A stretch of 34,185 nucleotides of DNA from Bacteroidota bacterium (GTDB taxonomy: Bacteria > Bacteroidota > Bacteroidia > CAILMK01 > JACPUW01). Shown piece after piece: positions 25,724 through 33,183 of the stretch. Each line of letters begins with the position of its first letter. Position 1 is the stretch's first letter. The stretch spans positions 1 to 34,185 of the forward strand of contig JAGQWA010000003.1 of assembly GCA_020437725.1 (NCBI GenBank), written 5' to 3'. A model generated the notes under the pieces. The model was not told the origin of the DNA, did no database searches, and saw nothing but the letters and a program-made list of their open reading frames with translations. A program made the translations under genes and the position numbers.

Positions 25724-26503
25724 GTGGACAAGATTGGTGACATAGAAATAAGAGTTATTGGCAAATCAGGTAGTAAAGAATTACATCCTGACAACTATGA
25801 CATACGCCATATTGCAAGTATTTTACAAAACGTAGAAGAACTGTTATACCCTAACAACAAAAAAGATCGTCCACTTCTAACATATAACATTCAAGAAGGC
25901 TCGGTGCGCCATATCTTCAAAACACCAGCTCAATATGTGATTGGTTTCAGTGCAGTTTTAGCTCAGGTTCAAGCGACACAATCAATCGATTTTTTAGATT
26001 TAAAAACAGCTAGGGCATTGGAGAATATACAGAAACTTAGTATTGAAAAGGATTATTCATTTGAGTTCAACACATCTGTAAATGAAGGAGTTGCTCTAGT
26101 TATTAATCCCCAAACGCATTTCTACAGAACCGAAAACATTTGGGTGGATGCTGAATTTTATTTTTATGGAATACTCACCAATGCTGGCGGAAAAAGTAAA
26201 GCCAACATTCACCTTGACACTTCAGAATTTGGATCGCTGACCTTGAATACGAATAAAGACTTTCTGGAAGGACAAGAAGAAAATCTCCTTTATAAGCAAT
26301 TTGGCGTAAGGGTAATTGGGAAACAAAATGCAGAAACCGGAGAGATTGACACAAAATCTCTTGAACTTATTGAGCTCATAGACTATGAACAAAAATACAA
26401 TTCCGAATATCTATCCACACTCATATCAAAGGCTAAAAAAAGCTGGAAGGGCGTAAAAACTGACGATTGGTTGTTTGGCTTAAGAGGAGATTATGAAGCA
26501 TAG
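25724..26503 (+). CDS. hypothetical protein (259 aa), upstream partner of the PIN gene
   Basis: The ORF opens directly after an in-frame TAA. GTG at 25724 is the only conventional start, and there is no internal Met or Cys. No signal peptide, TM helix, P-loop or recognisable HTH/RHH/AbrB motif. It overlaps the downstream gene by 11 nt. Confidence 0.65.
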   Translation: MDKIGDIEIRVIGKSGSKELHPDNYDIRHIASILQNVEELLYPNNKKDRPLLTYNIQEGSVRHIFKTPAQYVIGFSAVLAQVQATQSIDFLDLKTARALENIQKLSIEKDYSFEFNTSVNEGVALVINPQTHFYRTENIWVDAEFYFYGILTNAGGKSKANIHLDTSEFGSLTLNTNKDFLEGQEENLLYKQFGVRVIGKQNAETGEIDTKSLELIELIDYEQKYNSEYLSTLISKAKKSWKGVKTDDWLFGLRGDYEA

Positions 26504-26975
26504 CGTGTTATTAGACACCAGTTTCTTCGTTCATTTGTTGAACGATGAAGATGCATTGCACAGAAATGCCTTGGGTTATTTTAATTACTTTCTGGATCAT
26601 GAAATCACCTTAAAAATCTCAACCATTTCTATCGCCGAGTATTGCGTTAGGGGAAAAATTGATGAACTGCCATTGAGAAATCTACAAATTATTCCGTTTA
26701 ATCTTAATCACGGAAAACGCACAGGTGAATTTGCTAGAATTTTATTTGATGCTAACCATCAAAACCAGCTCAATTTGACTCCCAGAGCCATCATCCCGAA
26801 TGATTCGAAACTTTTTGCACAGGCTGATCTTGATCAAACTGTAACTCATTTTGTAACATCAGATGTGAGGTCTAACAAAACGTTTAATACCCTTAAATCT
26901 AATGAGCATCTAAAATTTGAAATAATTGATATTTCCACTCCATATAATGAGAGATTCGGCGTATTAAACTTTTAG
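26493..26975 (+). CDS. PIN-domain (VapC-like) ribonuclease
   Basis: 160 aa. The four conserved acidic residues fall in PIN-typical contexts: D8 (LLDTSFF), E49 (SIAEY), D104 (IPNDSKL) and D124 (VTSDV). The ATG at 26493 overlaps the stop of the upstream gene. Confidence 0.8.
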   Translation: MKHSVLLDTSFFVHLLNDEDALHRNALGYFNYFLDHEITLKISTISIAEYCVRGKIDELPLRNLQIIPFNLNHGKRTGEFARILFDANHQNQLNLTPRAIIPNDSKLFAQADLDQTVTHFVTSDVRSNKTFNTLKSNEHLKFEIIDISTPYNERFGVLNF

Positions 26976-27046
26976 CCAGAACTATTTTTATTCACCATAA
27001 AGACTATTTCAAGGCTATTTGCAACATTCAAATTAAAATAAACTGT

Positions 27047-27813
27047 TTAATTTGAGTATTGATACTCTATATAAAACTTATTGGCACTTCTAAATTTAAA
27101 TCTTTCGACACCAACATTTAGTTGCCGGCCACATTCATCTTTATGGTCATTGTATAGAACCTTGTTTTCATGATAATTGCAGATTTCTGAGATATAAAAG
27201 CTATTTTCTACATGCTTCACATTCTTCGAATTCCCAAGGCTATAGCTAATGAAGTTTCCGAAGTTTAATGGTGAATTCTCCTTTTCAAAAGTTATCAAAA
27301 CAGAGTCTTTTGAGTTGGGATATCTTTTGAAATTGCAGGCTTTAAAAGTGCCATTTGCAATATCAAATTTCCTTATCTTTTTTGCAGCTTTTGGGGGAAT
27401 ATATTCATGTCGATTTTGAAAAGTAGTAACCGAGTTACTTACAGAATAACCTGTCTGTGCAAGACTTGTGTTTGGCCAATTCGAGCTGATTGACGCGGAA
27501 CTCATAGTGGCCGTTGAACTGCCGCTAACAATTTGATTGTTAAATTAGTCAAAATCTTGACCATTTCTTATATAAAATGTTTTGTCTAAGTGAATCATAA
27601 TGATAGAGTCTGTCTTATTAAATATCGAAAATCCAATATCACCCATTTCTCCTCAGAAGTCATATGCAATTATGCAATTGTTGTCTTCATAAAATATGCC
27701 GTTCTCTTTTAATGTTAAATCTATCGAAGTTTTGCCTCTATAACCTGATAATATTTATATGACCCACAAGAAATTGTAAAAAGAGAAATCAATAAAATAA
27801 GAGAATTTTTCAT
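27047..27813 (-). pseudogene. decayed lipoprotein gene (one frameshift and two in-frame stops)
   Basis: ATG at 27813 opens a lipoprotein signal (MKNSLILLISLFTISCGS) that ends at TAG 27723-27721. A second frame, open from 27754, continues ...GKTSIDLTLKENGIFYEDNNCIIAYDF. It is then broken by TGA (27655-27653) and by TAA (27547-27545). That same frame runs into the track ORF 27047-27505. Confidence 0.45.
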
Positions 27814-28024
27814 TTCAATAAATAATTGAATTTAGAATTACAATACTAAGCTCCTTTTTTCAATTATTCTTAAAGTAGTTTGCAAATACAACGCATTTAT
27901 TTCCATATTACTACCATTTTTTATCGTTTTACTACACCTGACCTACAAAAGCCTTTATTTGAAGAACAAAATCCGTAATCTCCACCAAAATAAAAATGCT
28001 TGTTTTCTATTTCACAATTTCTAT

Positions 28025-28136
28025 TTCGAGTAACTAGAATTCACTCGCTACTGACAGAAATCTAGTACGTGAACTAGACCTACCCTTTATTCTAAAATCA
28101 CTTCTAATTCCAGTAACTTTCCCACATCATCTTCGT
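28025..28136. repeat. 112-bp direct repeat, copy 1
   Basis: TTCGAGTAACTAGAATTCACTCGCT...CCCACATCATCTTCGT. 108/112 identical to 29574-29685. Contains hairpins CGAGT-N11-ACTCG and TCTAGT-N6-ACTAGA. Ends 20 nt before the serine-hydrolase ATG. Confidence 0.9.
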
Positions 28137-28156
28137 CATAAATCAAACTCCATAAT

Positions 28157-29179
28157 ATGCGCTGGGTTATTGTTTTTTTGATCTTTCTAACAAGCAATTT
28201 GGCTTTTTCGCAAGGGCAACTGCAACAAAAGCTAAACCAGTATAAGGATTCTTTGCCCAATTATGGCATTGTAGCGTTGGTTGACAATGGCCAAAAACTC
28301 GATTCTGCCTCGGTGGGTTGGGCTTCTCGAAACAATGAAATTACGGTAGCTAACCGCTTTTGTATAGGCAGTGTAACCAAAATGTTTACAGCAACGGTAA
28401 TTTTAATGTTGCACGAAGATGGACTGCTAAGCCTAACTGACTCAATTGGCCAATATTTGCCCAAACATGCATTTATAGACAGTAGCATTACCATTAAACA
28501 GCTTTTGAGCCATACCAGTGGGCTAAAAGATATTGTTGATGCTAAACTTGCCAATAGGGCTTTTCTTGATCCTTATTTCGATTATTCAAACGCCTATTTG
28601 TTGCGTCTTATAGATTCAGTTGAATTTGAAAAAGGTGCTAAGTACCAATATAGCAACACCAACTATTTTCTATTGAAAATGATTGCCGAGAAGGTTACTG
28701 ACAAACCTTTTGAAAGCATTCTGCTAGAGCGAATTATTAATCCTTTGGGTCTTAAAAATACCTTTCCTTATTATGCAAAATCTACTCCCAACATGGCACA
28801 TCCCATTTTGGGTAGTCAGGATTTACACTCTTACCCAAAGCGGGGCGACAATCAGATTTCAGTTGGTTTGGGCAATATTGTTTGCACAGCCACAGATTTA
28901 AACACGTTTATACGGGCCTTGTTTATTGAAAAACGTTTACTGAAAGATAATACCCTTGCAGAAATGTGCGCATTTGCTGAACTCGGTAAAACCAAAGTTG
29001 GCCTAGGCGTTTTTGCTGAAGAATTTGGCGGCAAACCGTTTATTGGCCACACTGGCAGAACAATAAGTTATATAAGCTATGCTTTCGTTAATATAGAAAC
29101 AAGCACGAGTTGGGTATTGCTTTGCAACAATGTTAACGACCATTATATTGATGATTTAGCCGAGAAGCTGTTTGAGTAA
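28157..29179 (+). CDS. serine hydrolase of the beta-lactamase / DD-peptidase family (class-C-like fold)
   Basis: 340 aa. Signal peptide MRWVIVFLIFLTSNLAFSQ. SxxK motif (GSVTKMF), YxN motif (YSNTNY) and an HTG box (GHTGRT) in place of KTG. Confidence 0.85.
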   Translation: MRWVIVFLIFLTSNLAFSQGQLQQKLNQYKDSLPNYGIVALVDNGQKLDSASVGWASRNNEITVANRFCIGSVTKMFTATVILMLHEDGLLSLTDSIGQYLPKHAFIDSSITIKQLLSHTSGLKDIVDAKLANRAFLDPYFDYSNAYLLRLIDSVEFEKGAKYQYSNTNYFLLKMIAEKVTDKPFESILLERIINPLGLKNTFPYYAKSTPNMAHPILGSQDLHSYPKRGDNQISVGLGNIVCTATDLNTFIRALFIEKRLLKDNTLAEMCAFAELGKTKVGLGVFAEEFGGKPFIGHTGRTISYISYAFVNIETSTSWVLLCNNVNDHYIDDLAEKLFE

Positions 29180-29312
29180 GTTGGAACAACCATTATAGAG
29201 CTCATATTTTGAAGGTGATTATTGAGTCTTCGGGAATATTTATAGCTGATATCACGAACAGGACATTAAGTTCTACTTGCCTTCTAATAAATTTGATAAA
29301 ATTTAATTCCAA

Positions 29313-29567
29313 ATGAAATCTCCTATAGAACCTAAAAAGCTCATAAACATAGCCTTCCTTTTCGCAGTATTATCTGTAGTTCTGTGCTTGCTTCCAACCA
29401 GCACTACCAAGCGTACATCAAATAACATTAACACGAAAGGTGAGCTGTATTTTGCTAAGGAATCAACAGAGTACTTTCTTGACAAAACGGGCTATGGTGC
29501 AGTAGGATGTGCCATTATTTCGGCAAGCTGTTTTATTTCATTGGCATTGGTAAAGAAGCCTGATTAA
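29313..29567 (+). CDS. small hypothetical membrane protein (84 aa, two predicted TM helices)
   Basis: ATG start. Hydrophobic segments INIAFLFAVLSVVLCLL and GAVGCAIISASCFISLALV. No family recognised. An antisense ORF (29303-29485) overlaps it. Confidence 0.4.
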   Translation: MKSPIEPKKLINIAFLFAVLSVVLCLLPTSTTKRTSNNINTKGELYFAKESTEYFLDKTGYGAVGCAIISASCFISLALVKKPD

Positions 29568-29573
29568 CTGCTC

Positions 29574-29685
29574 TTCGAGTAACTAGAATTCACTCGCTTC
29601 TGACAGAAATCTAGTACGTGAACTAGACCTACCCTTTGTTTTAAAATCACTTCTAATTCCAGTAACTTTCCCACATCATTTTCGT
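29574..29685. repeat. 112-bp direct repeat, copy 2
   Basis: Same orientation as copy 1, 1549 nt downstream. It sits in the convergent gap between the small membrane ORF and the GldM-like gene, so no plus-strand gene follows it. Confidence 0.9.
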
Positions 29686-29720
29686 TTTGATTCACTACCT
29701 AAAAATCAACAAAAAAGTAG

Positions 29721-31367
29721 CTACTTAACGTCAAAATACAACGCTCCTGGTATAGACTCTGACCCTAAACCTTTAGCTGATGCTTCTATTTGATGAATGA
29801 TAAATTTATCGCCAGGGGTGGCATTATAAAAAGCTTGTTTGAGTTGTGGAGCAATGGTTCTTTCAATACACGATCCTACCACTTTTTCGCCGGTTGTCTT
29901 AATGTACTCATAACTGTATGAGTCAACCTTAAAGCGAATTCCTTCATATAAAAAATTGCCAAGCGTAGCGTTTACAACTTGAATTAGTCTTAATTCAGAT
30001 GCAGAAATGTTTCCGCCAGTTTTGTTATTTAAATTGGCTATTGGCATAGGTACTTTCATGGTTCTGAACCATTCACTTCCCTTTTGAACGTATTCACCAT
30101 TTGCATTTTTTACCGAAACTACAATCTTGCAACCTTCTCTATCTCTTTGGTTTATATGCGCCACGTATTTGCCTGGGCCCATTTTTGTTAATGTACCAAC
30201 ATGGCTGGGTTCCAAATTGGCTATAATATTGTTTGGCTCATAACCAGCAACAGAAATTTCGATTGGATTGTCGAGACCTAAAAATAGTACATTGTTTTTG
30301 GGCGCTATAATTTGGGCTTCAGATCTCTTTACTTCATAGCTAATATTGCCATAATAAGATGATATTTTACCAGTTTTTGGACTAACTAAACGCACTTCAA
30401 CTTGCTTTTGAAAAGTACCTTGGTTTGCGGCTAAGGTGCTGTATTTTCCCATTTCATTTTCTACATCAATAGCCTGGCCATCAACCAAAATCGTCGGTTG
30501 TATTCCGCCCACTTGGGCCGAAAGAAAAATGTTGGCTTCCAATTTTTCTCCAGTTGAAAGCAAGGCCTTGTTTTGCTTTATCATAACTTGAAAATCAGAA
30601 ATTTCAATTTTCCCAGCAGTTATACTACTCGTCAAATGATCTAACACCATAGCATATGATACTTGTAGGTTAACTTGAATTTGACCAAGTACGGCTAATG
30701 CACCTGCTACCGATAAGTTATTAAAAGTGGCATGTTCCCAATATCGGTCGTTGTGTTTATTTGGTTCAGGGTTATCTTCTGCTATTAATGGCAAAGCATT
30801 ATAAAGATTATCGCGCATGAGCTGTGTTGTGCCCTTTAAGCCATCGAACAAGTTGATGAAATTTACCTTGGTTTCATTTATCATTCTTTTCAAATCGCGT
30901 CCGTAGGTGTAATTTTTGTCTTTACCCGATAAAAGTTTAGTGACAGATTTGGTGTTATCGGCTTCTACCAAAATAGAACGTTTTGAACCTATATACGAGC
31001 CATTCTCTCCATTTTGCTCTCCGTATTTCTGGGTTCCTTTTACTTCAACAATTACTTTTTCTAATTGCTTTATAAAATCTGATAGGTTTTTACTTAGTTG
31101 CTCAGCTCGAATGGTTTGCTCCCAAACCTTTATGGCATTTTTATCTTCTTCTTGATATTGCACAAAGGTTTTAATGGTGTTTTGCCTTTGTGCATTGCTT
31201 TCGTTCAAAAATGCTATAGAAACTTGCTGAGATTGAGTTATGGTCATAAAGGCCCTAATCTCTGAATTTGGCGCATCTACAGTTGATTTTAAACTAGTAG
31301 CCAATAGCCAGATTGAAACTATTATTAAGGAAACAAATAGTGTAGATTTTTCAATTTTACGTTTCAT
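29721..31367 (-). CDS. GldM/PorM-family protein (orphan paralogue)
   Basis: The track ORF starts at 31472. ATG at 31367 (MKRKIEKSTLFVSLIIVSIWLLATSL) places a single N-terminal TM helix as in GldM. GldM-like blocks: WEHATFNNLSVAGALAVLGQIQVNL, NNVLFLGLDNPIEISVAGY, FRTMKVPMPIANL and ATPGDKFIIHQIEASAKGLG. No gldK, gldL or gldN lies adjacent. Confidence 0.7.
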   Translation of the reverse strand: MKRKIEKSTLFVSLIIVSIWLLATSLKSTVDAPNSEIRAFMTITQSQQVSIAFLNESNAQRQNTIKTFVQYQEEDKNAIKVWEQTIRAEQLSKNLSDFIKQLEKVIVEVKGTQKYGEQNGENGSYIGSKRSILVEADNTKSVTKLLSGKDKNYTYGRDLKRMINETKVNFINLFDGLKGTTQLMRDNLYNALPLIAEDNPEPNKHNDRYWEHATFNNLSVAGALAVLGQIQVNLQVSYAMVLDHLTSSITAGKIEISDFQVMIKQNKALLSTGEKLEANIFLSAQVGGIQPTILVDGQAIDVENEMGKYSTLAANQGTFQKQVEVRLVSPKTGKISSYYGNISYEVKRSEAQIIAPKNNVLFLGLDNPIEISVAGYEPNNIIANLEPSHVGTLTKMGPGKYVAHINQRDREGCKIVVSVKNANGEYVQKGSEWFRTMKVPMPIANLNNKTGGNISASELRLIQVVNATLGNFLYEGIRFKVDSYSYEYIKTTGEKVVGSCIERTIAPQLKQAFYNATPGDKFIIHQIEASAKGLGSESIPGALYFDVK

Positions 31368-31537
31368 AAGACCAATAAGTTTGAGCCAAATGTAGCTAAT
31401 TTTAAAGTTGACCTTGGTTACTTTTAGTTCATCAATTTCACCAGAAAATGAGAAATGATTAAATGCTTTCAAGCGACTTATATAAAGCTACTCAAAGTCG
31501 GCAGACAACCATTGCAGCACCGCAAAGTCTTACTGCG

Positions 31538-31594
31538 AATTTCAATTCGGGGCGGCCAAAAATTTCAATTCCGGGCAACCTTGAAATCAATTGC
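31538..31594. repeat. two 20-nt direct repeats plus a hairpin in a divergent intergenic region
   Basis: AATTTCAATTCGGGGCGGCC (31538-31557) and AATTTCAATTCCGGGCAACC (31561-31580) match at 17/20. ATTTCAA (31562-31568) pairs with TTGAAAT (31581-31587). Confidence 0.6.
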
Positions 31595-31639
31595 ACTTCG
31601 TTTCCCTAAAAAACTTACCATTACATTCGAGCCAACGCT

Positions 31640-31735
31640 ATGACCAAATTTTCTAAAACTGTTTTTATTGCATTAGGACTAATTGCCGTACTAGCCTTTG
31701 TTGCCGGAGTTTTATGCTTTAGTGTTTATGGATAG
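31640..31735 (+). CDS. possible 31-aa single-TM peptide
   Basis: ATG start; MTKFSKTVFIALGLIAVLAFVAGVLCFSVYG followed by a stop. Too short for the track. Supported only by the clean hydrophobic helix and its position 75 nt upstream of the next gene. Confidence 0.25.
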   Translation: MTKFSKTVFIALGLIAVLAFVAGVLCFSVYG

Positions 31736-31810
31736 TTAATAAAATGTGCTGATGTAGAGCGGTTTCAAGCACATTACCTACTTTCAAAGCCCATTTAAAA
31801 AAACAACATC

Positions 31811-32530
31811 ATGAAACTTGGCTTTCTACTTTTTGTCTCTTTTATCTCAATTGCTTCATATGCTCAAGACAGTTCTACAATTGACCTTAAGCAGGCTGAA
31901 ATAACTTTTGAAGAACTTGAATTCGACTTTGGAGAAATGTATCAGGGAGAAACCGTTTCGCATACATTTAAGTTTACCAATACCGGTAATGCGCCACTTG
32001 TAATAACAAGTACCAAGGTTAGCTGTGGCTGCACAGTTCCATACAAACCATCAGAACCAATTCAACCTGGCCAAACGAGCGAGATAGTGGTTAATTTCAC
32101 AAAATCAACTGTAGGCGAGCACAGAAAAACCATAACAATAGATGCAAATTCAAAAGTTGGAAGACATTATTTAAGCATTTCTGCTTTAGTGATTGAACCC
32201 GACAGCAATACCATAGCTGAAAAAGCCAAAGAAGAAGAATTAAAGCAAGAAGATCGCATTACCATTCAAAAAGCCCATGACAATTGCATTGCCATTTATC
32301 CAAATCCAGCTGATGACTTGTTACAAGTTGAATTGAAAGACCATATTGGCAAACCCGCCGAAATTGAGATTCTAAATGAAATGGGCCGAAGTGTGAGTAG
32401 AAAGCAAATTGCCAGCATTACTCAAGAAAGCACTAAAATTGATGTAAGCGGCTATACTCCAGGCGTTTATCTCATTGCTATAACCATTAACGGAATTGAG
32501 CCAATAACCCAGTGTTTTGTGGTGAGGTAG
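31811..32530 (+). CDS. DUF1573-domain protein with T9SS C-terminal sorting domain
   Basis: Signal peptide MKLGFLLFVSFISIASYAQ. DUF1573 signature FDFGEMYQGETVSHTFKFTNTGNAPLVITSTKVSCGCTVP. CTD: IAIYPNPADDLLQVEL...TPGVYLIAITING.... Confidence 0.85.
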   Translation: MKLGFLLFVSFISIASYAQDSSTIDLKQAEITFEELEFDFGEMYQGETVSHTFKFTNTGNAPLVITSTKVSCGCTVPYKPSEPIQPGQTSEIVVNFTKSTVGEHRKTITIDANSKVGRHYLSISALVIEPDSNTIAEKAKEEELKQEDRITIQKAHDNCIAIYPNPADDLLQVELKDHIGKPAEIEILNEMGRSVSRKQIASITQESTKIDVSGYTPGVYLIAITINGIEPITQCFVVR

Positions 32531-32537
32531 ATTGAAA

Positions 32538-32745
32538 CTAAAAATTCAAAATTTAAAGGAAACACAGTTTCTAGTCTCTAGTCACTATTCACTAATTGCT
32601 AGTCCAAAGTCCAATAGATTAAAAATTCAAAATTCAATATTTAAAGGAACCACAGTTTAGAGTTTCTGGTTTCTAGTTTCTTGTCTCAATTGGCTAGTGG
32701 CTAGTGGCTTTTCCCTATTCACTATTCACTAATTTCTAGCTATTA
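32538..32745. repeat. intergenic repeat block, two units of the dispersed family
   Basis: Unit 1 is about 32538-32606 and unit 2 about 32620-32740. Each reads AAAAATTCAAAATT..TTTAAAGGAA(A/C)CACAGTTT, then CTAGT-rich words, then CACTATTCACTAATT(G/T)CTAG. It also contains GGCTAGT twice and CACTATT(C) three times. Confidence 0.7.
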
Positions 32746-32762
32746 TTCACTATCATAGTACC

Positions 32763-33110
32763 ATGAAAATAAAAACTGTAAACGAATACTTTGATTTGGC
32801 ACCAGAAAAGAGCTTACCTCATTTAACCGAAATGAGAAATGCCTTACTAGAAATTTTGCCAAACGCTGAAGAAGTAATTAGCTACAACATGCCCACGTTT
32901 AAGCAAAAGAAATTGCTGGTTCATTACGCAGCTAGTAAAGAACACTTGGGTTACTACCCAACTCCAGGACCAATTGAAGCTTTTGCTGCCCAAATTCAGC
33001 AGTATAAACATTCTAAAGGAGCAGTTCAATTTCCTTATAATCAGCCATTGCCAATTAAACTCATTCAAGAAATGGCGCTTCATAGACTAACCGAAGTATT
33101 AGAACAATAA
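32763..33110 (+). CDS. DUF1801 (YdhG-like) domain protein
   Basis: 115 aa. The pattern VNEYF...LTEMRNALLEILPNAEEVISYNMPTFK...LVHYAASKEHLGYYP...AVQFPYNQPLP is typical of YdhG/DUF1801 proteins. Confidence 0.75.
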   Translation: MKIKTVNEYFDLAPEKSLPHLTEMRNALLEILPNAEEVISYNMPTFKQKKLLVHYAASKEHLGYYPTPGPIEAFAAQIQQYKHSKGAVQFPYNQPLPIKLIQEMALHRLTEVLEQ

Positions 33111-33183
33111 CAATTAAAGTTTACATAAGCTTCATTCTGAAATATCTGCAACCTAAATTGCAAGAATCATTAATAGCCTAGAA

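Noticed and set aside
27545-27655. In-frame TGA and TAA as programmed readthrough or stop-codon reassignment
   Set aside because: The surrounding genes in this window end at TAA, TAG or TGA, consistent with all three acting as genuine stops. The same locus also carries a frameshift. Gene decay is the simpler explanation.
28157-29179. The beta-lactamase-family gene as an antibiotic-resistance determinant
   Set aside because: The SxxK/YxN/HTG motifs define the broad serine-hydrolase and DD-peptidase fold. Most family members are esterases or peptidoglycan enzymes. Nothing in the sequence supports a resistance phenotype.
28025-29685. The 112-bp repeats as integron attC sites flanking a gene cassette
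   Set aside because: There are no GTTRRRY / RYYYAAC core and inverse-core pairs at the repeat ends. The repeats are direct near-identical copies, not imperfect palindromes of the attC type. No intI gene is in the window.
31455-31643. Plus-strand 62-aa ORF upstream of the DUF1573 gene
   Set aside because: It is a basic, low-complexity translation spanning the repeat and hairpin region. It overlaps the 5' extension of the GldM-like track ORF and has no supporting features.
32538-32745. A CRISPR-like array in the repeat-rich spacer
   Set aside because: The repeats are short (7-14 nt), irregularly spaced and mutually overlapping. No unique spacers of uniform length are present, and there are no cas genes.
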